Of a DNA stretch of 64,000 nt, positions 19,027 to 28,996 are shown piece after piece. The stretch covers positions 1-64,000 of the forward strand of contig JANRKO010000011.1 of NCBI GenBank assembly GCA_033763455.1. Direction: 5' to 3'. The first letter of the stretch is position 1; every line of letters starts with the position of its first letter. Origin of the DNA: Polyangiaceae bacterium. GTDB lineage: Bacteria; Myxococcota_A; Polyangia; Polyangiales; Polyangiaceae. A program made the position numbers and the translations under genes. Under the pieces are notes generated by a model that searched no databases, had not been told where the DNA came from, and saw only the letters and a list, made by a program, of their open reading frames with translations.

Positions 19027-20238
19027 ATGGCCAACGGACAAAAGCTCGAAAGAAACCTTGCTCTCTTATGCGTCTTTCAGGCGCTGCTCGCGGCGCTTTT
19101 CCCAGTCGCGATCATGCCGCTCTTTTGGAGCCGTGAGCTTGGCATGAATTGGACCACCATCATGTCCGTTCAGGCATTTTTTAGCCTAGTTGCGGCAGTG
19201 TGCGAAGTGCCTTCCGGCTACCTCGCGGACCGCTTGGGTTACCGCCGTTCGCTGCTCTTGGCATCGCTGATTATTACTCTCGGCTGGGCAATCTACGCAG
19301 CCGCAAGCGGGCTTGGTACGCTCTTGCTGGCAGAGGCCCTTCACGGCATCGGATTTTCTCTGATTTCAGGGGCTGACACAGCGCTGCTCTTTGAGTCGCT
19401 CAAGCACCACGGGCGCGAGGGTGAATTTCCACGTTGGTACGCGCGTATGCGTTTTTGGGGTCAAATCTCCGAAGGCACCGCTGCGCTCTCGGCCGGGTTT
19501 CTTTACGCTTGGTGGGCGCGCTTGCCGTTTGTTCTAGAGGTGGTTTTGTGGGTCGCTGCATCGATAGTGGTCTTGAAGCTAGTGGAAACCCCCGAGCGGG
19601 CACGCATTTCTAACCACTGGGCGAAGGTGAAAAGCGTGGCGCGCTACGTTGCCATCGCTCAACCCGAACTGCGCGGCGTCTTATTCACCTCGGCTGTTTT
19701 CGGCATCCTCGCGTACATCCCGGTGTGGCAAATTGGGATCTACGCTGAAAACTCCGGCATTTCACGCGCCTGGCTGGGGCCGATCTGGGCAGCGGCCAAC
19801 TACACGGTGGCTATTGGCGGCGCTTTGGCCACCCGCGCAAAGGAACGCTTGGGACTTACTCCGTTGCTGTTCGGCGCGCTCGGTGCCATCGCACTCGGCT
19901 ACCTCGGGCTCGGGCTCAGCCATGCCGCATTTGGCTTCGCGTTCTATTACCTTACGACGCTGGCACGGGGTGCCGTGATGATCCCGCTGCACCACGCCGA
20001 GCAACAATTGAGCCCTTCCGAAGATCGAGCGACCATCGTATCGATTCGGGCGCTGATATTTCGGTTGTCCGTTGTGTGCGTCATGCCGCTCGTGGGCCAC
20101 CTGGTGGATAGGTTCGGACAACGCTTCACTTTTCTTGTCGCGAGCGCGCCGTTGCTCTTCATGGCCGCATTTTGTGTGTTGTGGTTGCGCGGGCTCACGC
20201 GCAGAACCTCACTCAAGCTAGCGCTCAGCGAACAATAG
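19027..20238 (+). CDS. MFS transporter
   Basis: About 12 hydrophobic segments; EVPSGYLADRLGYRRSL motif A; SGADTALLFESL; RATIVS. Confidence 0.9.
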   Translation: MANGQKLERNLALLCVFQALLAALFPVAIMPLFWSRELGMNWTTIMSVQAFFSLVAAVCEVPSGYLADRLGYRRSLLLASLIITLGWAIYAAASGLGTLLLAEALHGIGFSLISGADTALLFESLKHHGREGEFPRWYARMRFWGQISEGTAALSAGFLYAWWARLPFVLEVVLWVAASIVVLKLVETPERARISNHWAKVKSVARYVAIAQPELRGVLFTSAVFGILAYIPVWQIGIYAENSGISRAWLGPIWAAANYTVAIGGALATRAKERLGLTPLLFGALGAIALGYLGLGLSHAAFGFAFYYLTTLARGAVMIPLHHAEQQLSPSEDRATIVSIRALIFRLSVVCVMPLVGHLVDRFGQRFTFLVASAPLLFMAAFCVLWLRGLTRRTSLKLALSEQ

Positions 20239-20380
20239 AGTAGGGGACGCGAACGATTTCTAGGGTAGTGGCAGGTAGGTGAGCCACAGGTTACGTTTCC
20301 CACGCAAACAGCACTCTAGGGTTTGCGGCTATTTTTGGTGCCCGCTATGCTCAGGTCTCAACCTAACGGGTCGGGCTCCT

Positions 20381-22633
20381 ATGCACCTGAAGTTCTCCAA
20401 CTGGGCAAGATTGTTCGCGATGGCTGCTTCGGTGGGTCCGCTCGCGCAGGGTTGCGGCCAAACAACAACGGACAACGAGCTCACAGGCCCGACTTGCCAG
20501 CCCGGGCAGGAGCCGATAGCCTGCATGTGCGGCAACACGCAAGCGGGGAGCCAAGTCTGTGACAGTACTGGCCACTTGGAAGCTTGCCGTTGCATGGGCC
20601 CGCTTGGGACCGGTGGCGCGAGGCAAACTGGTGGCGTGGGGGGCTTCGGTGCGACGTTTCTAACTGGTGGAGCCACGGCGAGTGGCGGAGCCATGATGAT
20701 GGAGCCGTGTGTGCTCAACATCCCAACGCCGCCTCCGACGGCGGGGGGTGCTCCGAATCAGGAACCCAATCCCAATGTTGCAGTTAATCCGAACGCGGCT
20801 GGCGCTGCCGGGGCCCCCGCTTACGCCGGAAGCCCCGCCACTCTTGGTACGGGCGGAGCTTCCGATGTTGATAACGAGACAGCGGTTCGGCGTGCTTTGG
20901 GCGCAGCGCGGTTGACCCTGCTCCTGGGGGAAGTTCAGACACTTAAGGCTCGTGCAGGCAGCGCAGAAAGCGCAAAGCTGGACGTGCACCTCAATTCGCT
21001 CCACGAGCTTCACAGGCTCTACATCTACAGTGGTTCGTCGGCTTTCGATCAAGTCACTTTGCCCAATGAGATGCCACCAAGCCCTGCGCTTCTGGCTCCG
21101 GCCCCGACGTCCACGGCTGCCCCGCCGCCGGGTGGTCCGGGTGCGGCCCTCGCTCCACGCCCTCCGCGTGGCCCCACCGTGATCCGGCGCCTAACCAAGG
21201 ATGAATACCTGGCGACGCTTGCAGCGTTAGGGTTCGCGACCGCCGCACTGACGGTTCAGGACGACCTGCCTGGCACTTCCGCATACCCGTTCGACAACCT
21301 AGCTGCCAACCTAATCGTCGCCCCTATCGCGAGTCAGCAGTACTTCGACAACGCCGAGACACTCTCGGCAACCTTCACTGTTCCGAGCTGTGCACCACCT
21401 GCACTTGGGGCGGACTGCGCCATTGCCTTCATCACAAGCTTTGGCAAGCAAGCGTTCCGCCGCCCACTCACGTGCGCGGAGACTCAGGCCTATTTGGATC
21501 TCTACATGGGCGCGTACCAGGCGGTTGGGCTAAGCGCACACCACGCGGCAGGTATCCGCCAAATTGTGGCAACCATGCTGCAATCCCCGAATTTCTTGTA
21601 CCGCACGGAGTTGGGAGCGCCCGGAGCAATCGGAGAAACGTTCCTGACTTCGTACGAGGTGGCCGCGGAGCTTTCGTATCTGTACACCGGAGGTCCCCCT
21701 GACTCCGAACTCCAAATGTTAGCTGATGCAAGCACTCTTCAGGATAGCTCCGTGCGTGCTCAACAAGCTCGGAGGCTGCTCTCGACACCCCAAGCGCGCC
21801 CGGTGGTTCGGCATTTTGTTGAGCAGATTTTTCGGATAGATCAGGTCGAACAGGTGACGCGTGATCCCGCCACCTATCCCCTGTTTACCCCAACGCTTGC
21901 GGCAGCCATGCACCGGGAATCAAGCCGCTTCATTGACTACGTCTTGTGGGAGAGTGACGGCACGTTTGCCACGCTTCTCAACGCCCCCTACACTTTCGTG
22001 AACTCGTCGCTCGCGCAGTTCTACGGCTTGCCGGATCCAGGGCAGGGAGATGTTTTGGTGCGGGTTGAGTTACCTGCGAACCAGCGCATGGGGTTGCTCA
22101 CTCAAGCCTCAGTGATGACGGCGAACGCTCCTATGGTTGGTTCCCATCCCTTCAGGCGCGGCTCGTTCGTGCGCGAGCGCTTGTTTTGTCAGGCGATACC
22201 TCCGCCGGCCGTAGGTACCCACGGCGTCACCCCCACCCCTGATCCTGGCCTCTCGACGCGACAAATGTGGGCGAATTTGACGGCGGACCCCGCCTGCACC
22301 GGTTGCCATTCCCTTTTTGAGTCAATCGCCTTCAGCCTGGAAAACTACGACGCCATCGGGCAGTATCGAACAGCAGAGCGGGGCTTCCCAATAGATGCGA
22401 GCGGCTATCTCTACGCCGCCACCGACGTCGGTGGCCCGTACGTGGGTGGCGTCGAGCTCGCGCAGCTGCTCTCGCAAAGTGCCACAGCTCAACAGTGCTT
22501 CACCACTCATGCGTACAGCTGGGCATTCGGCCGCAGCATAGGCGCCAACCTGTTGCCACTTTCAGCCAATATCCCAGAAACGTTGATCTTCATCGCACAC
22601 TCGCCCGACTTCGTAACGAGGATCCACAACTGA
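20381..22633 (+). CDS. DUF1587/DUF1595/DUF1592/DUF1588-type (PSD/PSCyt) lipoprotein with CxxCH motif
   Basis: IRRLTKDEY, FGKQAFRRPL, LQSPNFLYRTE, YEVAAELSY, RMGLLTQAS, HPFRRG, CTGCH, LENYDAIG; lipobox AQGC. Confidence 0.88.
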   Translation: MHLKFSNWARLFAMAASVGPLAQGCGQTTTDNELTGPTCQPGQEPIACMCGNTQAGSQVCDSTGHLEACRCMGPLGTGGARQTGGVGGFGATFLTGGATASGGAMMMEPCVLNIPTPPPTAGGAPNQEPNPNVAVNPNAAGAAGAPAYAGSPATLGTGGASDVDNETAVRRALGAARLTLLLGEVQTLKARAGSAESAKLDVHLNSLHELHRLYIYSGSSAFDQVTLPNEMPPSPALLAPAPTSTAAPPPGGPGAALAPRPPRGPTVIRRLTKDEYLATLAALGFATAALTVQDDLPGTSAYPFDNLAANLIVAPIASQQYFDNAETLSATFTVPSCAPPALGADCAIAFITSFGKQAFRRPLTCAETQAYLDLYMGAYQAVGLSAHHAAGIRQIVATMLQSPNFLYRTELGAPGAIGETFLTSYEVAAELSYLYTGGPPDSELQMLADASTLQDSSVRAQQARRLLSTPQARPVVRHFVEQIFRIDQVEQVTRDPATYPLFTPTLAAAMHRESSRFIDYVLWESDGTFATLLNAPYTFVNSSLAQFYGLPDPGQGDVLVRVELPANQRMGLLTQASVMTANAPMVGSHPFRRGSFVRERLFCQAIPPPAVGTHGVTPTPDPGLSTRQMWANLTADPACTGCHSLFESIAFSLENYDAIGQYRTAERGFPIDASGYLYAATDVGGPYVGGVELAQLLSQSATAQQCFTTHAYSWAFGRSIGANLLPLSANIPETLIFIAHSPDFVTRIHN

Positions 22634-22664
22634 CGCGGCCCACACCAGGTTTACGCCGCCATTC

Positions 22665-24587
22665 CTAACCAACCCGACCACGCCCCCGCAGATCCACATT
22701 CCCTTCCCACTCCGTAAGCGCACCGAGTGCGAACGGCCCGGGCACCACGGCGCCTGGTGACCGTTCAGCTCCGAGATAGTCGTGCGTCCCAAGGGCGCAG
22801 CGTTCAACCTCCGGAAGCGGCTGCGAGAGCTCCAAGCGAAGCACGCGCGTCGATGCGTTGTAAGTGGCTTTCGCCTGCGTAAGCACGCCGCTCAGATCTT
22901 GTTTTAGGAACTCCCGCCAACCTTCCCAGTCCATATATTCTGCGGGTTCGTGGATCCGCCAAGGGCCTTCTGGGCCTGGGTTCGCATAGGCGTTCCCATC
23001 AGCGCGATTGTGGATCCGCCCGAATTCCACGCATTTTTGGCAATCTATTACCAGATTGTTCAGCACTTCGTGATCGCGACACACGCCGCCCCGGCCATGA
23101 ATGAAACGCGCCACACGCCCCACACGCAGCATCACTGCGCTCCCCTCACAACCCACGATCAGATTGTGTACCACGAGCAAGCGATCCACATCGTGTTCAT
23201 AGATGCCATGGCCACCAGTAATGGCTTCGTCCCCGATCCCAGCGCCAATCGGCGGAACGAGCTTCGAACCTAAGATGAGATTGTGATCAACCATGACCCG
23301 ACCGATTTTCGAGGCCTCGATGAACACACCACCGAACCCGGATGTTGTGTTGACGATGAGGTTCTCCGTAACCCGAGTATTGGTGATGCCATTATCGAGC
23401 CAAATGCCTGTGGCGTTGAGGCAATTTTCGATCACATTACGGCGATAGAGTCCATCTTTGCACAAGTGCTGTTTAATGCCGGCACACTCCCACAGCCGTT
23501 CAATGCCGTGCCAGCCCGCACCCGTGATGTGATTCTCTTCCACCAACATATTGCTGAGTGGAAAGGCCGTGGCACAAATGCCGCAAATTCCGCAATCTCT
23601 AAGCGTATTTCGGCGCACAATATGGTGCCCGTGTTCACCGTGATCGGTGTGTTGAGGGTGGCATCGGCCTACATCAATGCCATTGGCGTTCACTTGTTGC
23701 ACCGTGCAATCTTCGATTATCCAGTGGGTGCCGCCATTGGCGCATACGGTGGCTCGTTGTGGCCAGGTGAAGCCATCAGCGCAATATTGAAATGTAAGGC
23801 CTTTCAGCTGAATGAAAGAGATATCCGTGCCTTCGGGCGCGAAGGCTTGCTCACGTGTTGAAAATTCCCACTCGCTCTTTTGCGGATCGGAGTCTTCGAA
23901 AGGGCGTATGTAAATGCTCAAGCCGCTCGATTCGCACCAGTAGCTGCCGGGGGCGTGCTTCAGTTCTGCAAGAGTGAGCACCTGGGTGAGGCGGCGGCCA
24001 TCTTGGAACACTAGCCCGCGCTTTAGGAGCAGCTTGATGCGGGGCTCTTCAGGAAAGCCCTTTCCCCAGCCAAAATCTAAGTGGTGCTGAGGAGTATTGG
24101 GCATTCCAAAAGGCAGGTAACCCACGAACCATTCGCGCGGCAGCCGCGCGTGGTAAACCTGCGCGCCTGTTTCAGCTCTGAATTCTTTTACGAACTTCCA
24201 TTCGTCAGCTGGTTCAAATGCGCCTCGGTATTGCTCCGCGCCACTCACGACCACAGCTTCACCGGGGGCAGCAAAGTAGCCAATCATATGGGCCGGTCCG
24301 CTCCCTCCGCGCATCGGCCGTACCGTTTCCCGGTACATCCCCGCGTGTATTAGAACCTTTTCTCCAGGCGCTAGCACCCCAGCCGCTCGTTGAATGGATT
24401 TCCAGGGCTCTGCGGCTGAGCCTACGTTGTTGTCGGAAGCTTGCGGGTGGTTCTGCGCTACGTGGTAAGTCTTAGTGTACCTACAGGTTACCTCCCATGT
24501 GGCGAACGGCGTTCCATCCGGCAGGAGCACGGGAGGAGAGAGCGGGGTGAGCGCTGGGCAGCGGGGATCTTGCATAACGAGCGGCAT
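22665..24587 (-). CDS. Right-handed parallel beta-helix protein (DUF1565 N-terminus, GH120-like)
   Basis: YHVAQ..ASDNNVGSAAEPWKSIQRAA..PGEKVLIHAGMYRE; HWIIEDC; GIWLD; N-rich beta-helix ladder. Confidence 0.8.
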   Translation of the reverse strand: MPLVMQDPRCPALTPLSPPVLLPDGTPFATWEVTCRYTKTYHVAQNHPQASDNNVGSAAEPWKSIQRAAGVLAPGEKVLIHAGMYRETVRPMRGGSGPAHMIGYFAAPGEAVVVSGAEQYRGAFEPADEWKFVKEFRAETGAQVYHARLPREWFVGYLPFGMPNTPQHHLDFGWGKGFPEEPRIKLLLKRGLVFQDGRRLTQVLTLAELKHAPGSYWCESSGLSIYIRPFEDSDPQKSEWEFSTREQAFAPEGTDISFIQLKGLTFQYCADGFTWPQRATVCANGGTHWIIEDCTVQQVNANGIDVGRCHPQHTDHGEHGHHIVRRNTLRDCGICGICATAFPLSNMLVEENHITGAGWHGIERLWECAGIKQHLCKDGLYRRNVIENCLNATGIWLDNGITNTRVTENLIVNTTSGFGGVFIEASKIGRVMVDHNLILGSKLVPPIGAGIGDEAITGGHGIYEHDVDRLLVVHNLIVGCEGSAVMLRVGRVARFIHGRGGVCRDHEVLNNLVIDCQKCVEFGRIHNRADGNAYANPGPEGPWRIHEPAEYMDWEGWREFLKQDLSGVLTQAKATYNASTRVLRLELSQPLPEVERCALGTHDYLGAERSPGAVVPGPFALGALTEWEGNVDLRGRGRVG

Positions 24588-24641
24588 TTAGCCCGGCATG
24601 GGCCCCTTGCGGTAGAGCGGATGTCAGTCCTTTTTGACGCA

Positions 24642-24875
24642 CTATTTGCTGTAGCCTGCGGAAAGAGTTCCAGCCGCGAAAATTGGCAAGTGTCGGATCT
24701 GTCCTTCCTGCACTGGCTTTCCGCTGTAGAGCCGGATGCCCGTGGGGCTCAACGGGTGTGACGCCAGAAAGCTTCTCAAACTCTTCAGAGTTCCCGAAGC
24801 TCCGGCTTTCACTTCGATGGGGACGACATGTCCTTCGGACTGGATGAGTGTGGGTGCGTTAACCCAGCGAAACAT
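24642..24875 (-). pseudogene. Remnant of an AAA ATPase/DUF4143 gene (C-terminal PD-(D/E)xK-like portion only)
   Basis: VVPIEVKAGASGTLKSLRSFL..GIRL resembles the C-terminus of the family seen intact at 57568-58794; only 77 aa. Confidence 0.75.
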
Positions 24876-25024
24876 GTTTATGTTTTGCCAGTTTTTCAGT
24901 TAAAACATCGACATACTTAATCAGCAACTTGCCAATTTCGGCCCGCAGTGGCCCGCGGGCTCGAAAGGAGCAGGGATCCGTAGTGGCTTCGGAATCATGC
25001 AACTGTCGACCGTTCCGGGCACCG

Positions 25025-25675
25025 CTAGGCGCCGTGCTCGCGTCTGAGAGCTGCCCACACGAGGTGCGGCGATTGACCTTGAGCTCGCACCATCCGCACC
25101 CAGAGGAGCGTCATGTGTTCGAGATGCAACGCCTGAACGAGCCGCCCCACATCAACGGGCTCGAAGCCCAAATCGGTGATGAGTGAGGCTACGTTCGCTT
25201 TAGCGGACGCGTCGTCGCCGCAAAATAGCATCGCAGGCAACAACTTGCCGTAGCCTGGGTAGGCGGAATTCTCCAAGTTTTCAAAACCATAAATGGTGAA
25301 GGCTTTGACCACTCGGGCTGCGGGCACGATCGACTGAATGAACTCGCTTCCCGATCGTTCGCTCTTGAGCGCATGAGTAAGCCCAGGCCCCACAGGGTTG
25401 GTGCAGTCCACAAGGATTTTCGTACTGATGACATCAGCGTGCGCGCGAAGCAACGACTCGTTCGCCGCAAATGGCGTTGCGAGGAACACTATCTCCGCGC
25501 CAGAGATGGCCTCTCTGGATGACCGTGCAGCGAGCCGCTTGGAGCGCGTAAGCGCACGCGCCACGCTTTCTGAGCCAGGCTCCACTTCGCCCAGCACCAC
25601 TTCATGTCCAGCCTCCGCGAGGCGCGCGGCGAGCGGTGCACCCACTTGACCTGCGCCGATGAAAGCGATTTTCAC
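25025..25675 (-). CDS. NADPH-dependent F420 reductase-like dinucleotide-binding oxidoreductase
   Basis: IGAGQVG, LATP, LVDCTNP, SGSE, VVKAF, CGDD..GFEPVDVG. Confidence 0.9.
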   Translation of the reverse strand: MKIAFIGAGQVGAPLAARLAEAGHEVVLGEVEPGSESVARALTRSKRLAARSSREAISGAEIVFLATPFAANESLLRAHADVISTKILVDCTNPVGPGLTHALKSERSGSEFIQSIVPAARVVKAFTIYGFENLENSAYPGYGKLLPAMLFCGDDASAKANVASLITDLGFEPVDVGRLVQALHLEHMTLLWVRMVRAQGQSPHLVWAALRREHGA

Positions 25676-25709
25676 TGGATTCTTGTCCTTTCCACTATGA
25701 GCCTAAGGG

Positions 25710-26480
25710 TCAGCGGCCGAGCGTTTCGATGATGAGCTTAGCCGTTTCTGTGCCGGAGAAGTTCTGCTGCCCGGTGATGAGATTGCCATCGCGCACCGCA
25801 AATCCCCGCCACATTCCTGCCTGCACGAAGTTCGCGCCGAGCTTCTTCAGCTCATCTTCAATGCGCCAGGGCATGAGGTGCTTGTCACGGGAGAGTGCAC
25901 CCATGCTCCACACTGCATTGTCCGCAAAATCCTCCTCGACGTTGGCAAAGCCGGTAATCGTTTTTCCCCTCGCGAGAAAATCCCCGTTCGAGAGCTTTGC
26001 GTAGCGAAGCAACGCCACGCCATGGCAGAGAGCCGCCGCAACCTTCCCCGCTTCGTAGAACTCAACAAACTTTCGATGCAAATCCGTAGCTTGCTCAAAG
26101 CTGAACATGGGTGCCTGCCCACCCGCAACGACGATCGCGTCAAAGCGGCTAACGCTGATCTCGGAAACGGGTTTCGTCTTTTCGATCAGCGCTGCAAGGC
26201 TCGGTGTTGAAATGAACCCCAGGCTGATCAAATCGGAGGCGGAGTACCCACTTGCGTCACGTGGATCACTCATCCCATCGGCCTCGCATCGGCCGCCGGC
26301 GGGGCTGAACACCTCGACCTCGTAGCCCGCCTCGTGGAACGCAAAGTATGGATGCGTAAGCTCAGACCACCAGAAGCCAACAGGCCAACCGGTGGTGCTT
26401 GAACTTGTAGGATTCGCAATGACGATCGCAATGCGTTTTGGCTGGGATTTGTTGGACGGATTCGGATCTCTGAGGCTCAT
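25710..26480 (-). CDS. DJ-1/PfpI (type 1 glutamine amidotransferase-like) protein
   Basis: GFWWSELTHPY, SPAGG, AGGQAP, ALCHG, DGNLITGQQ. Confidence 0.92.
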   Translation of the reverse strand: MSLRDPNPSNKSQPKRIAIVIANPTSSSTTGWPVGFWWSELTHPYFAFHEAGYEVEVFSPAGGRCEADGMSDPRDASGYSASDLISLGFISTPSLAALIEKTKPVSEISVSRFDAIVVAGGQAPMFSFEQATDLHRKFVEFYEAGKVAAALCHGVALLRYAKLSNGDFLARGKTITGFANVEEDFADNAVWSMGALSRDKHLMPWRIEDELKKLGANFVQAGMWRGFAVRDGNLITGQQNFSGTETAKLIIETLGR

Positions 26481-26570
26481 TTCATGGACTCCCTGTTCGA
26501 GAGCGGCGTGCCCTCGTGCGCGAGACTATTGAGCCCCCCGCACATGCACGCAATTGACACTTCTGCAACA

Positions 26571-26595
26571 CATAGTTGCATACTATGCAACTATG
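26571..26595. promoter_or_regulatory. Perfect 25-bp palindrome containing a T-N11-A box, candidate LysR operator
   Basis: CATAGTTGCATA-C-TATGCAACTATG, about 90 bp upstream of the DJ-1 start and overlapping the lysR stop. Confidence 0.6.
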
Positions 26596-27586
26596 ATGAC
26601 CGGCGCGATCGCTTCCGAGTGTGCCCAGAGGTTGGATCCGTCGCGTCCAGCCGCCTACGAGGTTGCTCGTGGCGCTCGGAAGCATCTTCACGCGACGCGC
26701 GTAGGAATACGTCGCGAATAAAGCGATGCCCTGCATCGCCGTCGACGCGAGGGTGCCAAACAAGACTGAGCGCGTAGGGTCGCAGCGTAAGAGGCGCCTC
26801 CAACAACTGAAGACCCAGGCGGCTGGCGTTCAACTTGGCAATTCGCTCCGAAATAATCAAGATGTAGTCGGTCTCGGCAACCAGCTGCAGAGCGGCACCA
26901 AAATACGGCACCGCACGGGCCACAGTACGCGTGAGGCCACGCTCGCGCAGCACATCATCCACGTACCCACCGGGCTTTCCTCGTGGCGCTACCTGAATGT
27001 GCGGAAAGCTTACAAACTGAGAAAGAGTGAACCGCTTGCCTTCCATTGGATGGCCACTGCGAACCACGCATACGAAGCGATCAGTCAGGAGCTGCTGGCT
27101 GCGCATCTCCTGAGGAAGCTCGCCGTAGATGCCCACCGCGAGGTCTGAACCGTGATCTCGGAGCAGGCTCGGATCATCCGGTGTGTTGGGAACGAAGCGA
27201 ACGCATACGCCGGGCGCCTCGTCTCGAAGGATTCGATCCACCGTTCTGCCCAACACTGTGAGTACGTAGTCCGTTGCGTGCACGACGAACGTCCGAGAAA
27301 GTTCTTTGGCCACAAACGCACGCTCGGGTTGAAGGGCGAGCCTAGCTTCGGTAACGACAGTATGAACCTGGGCCTTGAGTGCGAGTGCCCTCGGTGTGAG
27401 CAGCATGCCGCGCCCCGAACGGACGAGGATCGGATCCGCTAAGCGGTCCCGAATCCGCGCCAGCGCATGGCTCATCGCTGGAGTCGACAGCCCGACACGC
27501 CGGGCGGCGCCCGTAACGCTGCCTTCCTGAAGGAGTGCGTCCAATGACACCAAAAGCCCAAGATCTGTAGATTCCATCTGGTGCAA
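26591..27586 (-). CDS. LysR-family transcriptional regulator
   Basis: DLGLLVSLDALLQEGSVTGAARRVGLSTPAMSHALARIR..DPILVR..LTPRA; substrate-binding domain ending LVWH. Confidence 0.95.
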   Translation of the reverse strand: MHQMESTDLGLLVSLDALLQEGSVTGAARRVGLSTPAMSHALARIRDRLADPILVRSGRGMLLTPRALALKAQVHTVVTEARLALQPERAFVAKELSRTFVVHATDYVLTVLGRTVDRILRDEAPGVCVRFVPNTPDDPSLLRDHGSDLAVGIYGELPQEMRSQQLLTDRFVCVVRSGHPMEGKRFTLSQFVSFPHIQVAPRGKPGGYVDDVLRERGLTRTVARAVPYFGAALQLVAETDYILIISERIAKLNASRLGLQLLEAPLTLRPYALSLVWHPRVDGDAGHRFIRDVFLRASREDASERHEQPRRRLDATDPTSGHTRKRSRRSS

Positions 27587-27714
27587 GTTTCAGCCAGACT
27601 AGTTGCATTGGTCAACACACACGACACTAGGCAACAGGGGCTCCGCGGCGGCCCCCGACGAACGCACACCGGGAAATCTGCGCAGCCCTCACTTCACCGT
27701 GATAGGCCTCTGGG

Positions 27715-28965
27715 ATGAGCAACACATCCGGTGATGGGTCGCCTGCGGCGAGCACGGGCCCCTGGCGTTGGTTGGTGACGACTCCGCTGTTCGTGAGGAT
27801 CCTCTTCGGCCTGGTCTTCGGAGTTGTAATTGGCGTTCTGCTCGGACCTGACGCACGTTCGTTCGACACGCCCGCGAAGCTGATTTTGCGCCTCCTTGGG
27901 GCGTTGGCACCGGCGCTTATTCTCGTGGCCGTGGTGCGCGCCATCATGACGGCCGAAATCCACGGGCGACTTGCGTTTCGCTTGGTGCGCTTGTTGCTCT
28001 TGAATACCCTGGTGGCGATCCTGGTGGGGCTCGGCGTCGCTAACCTGATACGGCCTGGAGAAGGAGTAGCGCTACCTGCTCCCGCTCGGGTGGCCCCACT
28101 TAAGACTGACATTATGGCACAAATTCTGGACAACGTGCCCGATAGCCTGGTGCGACCGTTCGTGGAGAACAAGGTGATCGCGGTGGTGTTCATCGCACTC
28201 TTGTTCGGGGTGGCAGCGCGCGGCCTACACGGATCACAACGGCGCGTGGCAGAAGATCTGATAGGACTCGCTTTCAGTTGCATCGTGCGAGTCCTGCACT
28301 GGGTGATTGCGTTGGTGCCACTGGCGGTATTAGGAAAAGTGGCAAGCATTGTTGGAACGGCTGGGTTCGAGCCGTTTCTTAGGCTCGGAATGTTCGTGCT
28401 CGCGGTGCTGGTGGCGTTGGCTGTCCAGGCTGCATACTACTTGGTTCGGGTTCGCCTGGGTTCGTGGGTGCGACCGTTCGCTCTACTTTCCCAAATGAGT
28501 GATGCGCTGGTAATGGCCTTTTCGACAGCTAGTTCCACAATTACGATGCCGCTCACGTATGAGCGGCTTCGCACCCGGGTGGGCCTGCGCGAGCGTTCAG
28601 CCAGCCTCGGGGCACTCGTGGGGGCGAACTTCAACAACGATGGGACAGCGCTCTATGAGGCAATGTCGGCGCTGTTTGTCGCCCAACTCATTGGAGTGCA
28701 GCTGAGCTTTCCGGAGCAGCTCATGGTCATAGCCACCTCTGTGGTGGCGTCAGTAGGTGCAGCTGGGATCCCGGAGGCCGGCCTGGTCACGATGACTCTG
28801 GTATTTTCGGCGGTTGGGTTGCCGGTCGAGTACATAGCGCTGCTCCTGACGGTGGATTGGTTTCTGGATCGCTGCAGAACTATGATCAATGTGCTCGGCG
28901 ATACCAACGTGGCGTGCCTCCTGGATGGAAAGATTAGGTCGGTGGAACCCGCAGCTAGCAGCTGA
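27715..28965 (+). CDS. Dicarboxylate/amino acid:cation symporter (DAACS)
   Basis: AFSTASS, GANFNNDGTALY, SVGAAGIP, VDWFLDRCRTMINVLGD. Confidence 0.95.
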   Translation: MSNTSGDGSPAASTGPWRWLVTTPLFVRILFGLVFGVVIGVLLGPDARSFDTPAKLILRLLGALAPALILVAVVRAIMTAEIHGRLAFRLVRLLLLNTLVAILVGLGVANLIRPGEGVALPAPARVAPLKTDIMAQILDNVPDSLVRPFVENKVIAVVFIALLFGVAARGLHGSQRRVAEDLIGLAFSCIVRVLHWVIALVPLAVLGKVASIVGTAGFEPFLRLGMFVLAVLVALAVQAAYYLVRVRLGSWVRPFALLSQMSDALVMAFSTASSTITMPLTYERLRTRVGLRERSASLGALVGANFNNDGTALYEAMSALFVAQLIGVQLSFPEQLMVIATSVVASVGAAGIPEAGLVTMTLVFSAVGLPVEYIALLLTVDWFLDRCRTMINVLGDTNVACLLDGKIRSVEPAASS

Positions 28966-28996
28966 CAGTGTGGCTGGCATGAGCTAACCCTCTGGG

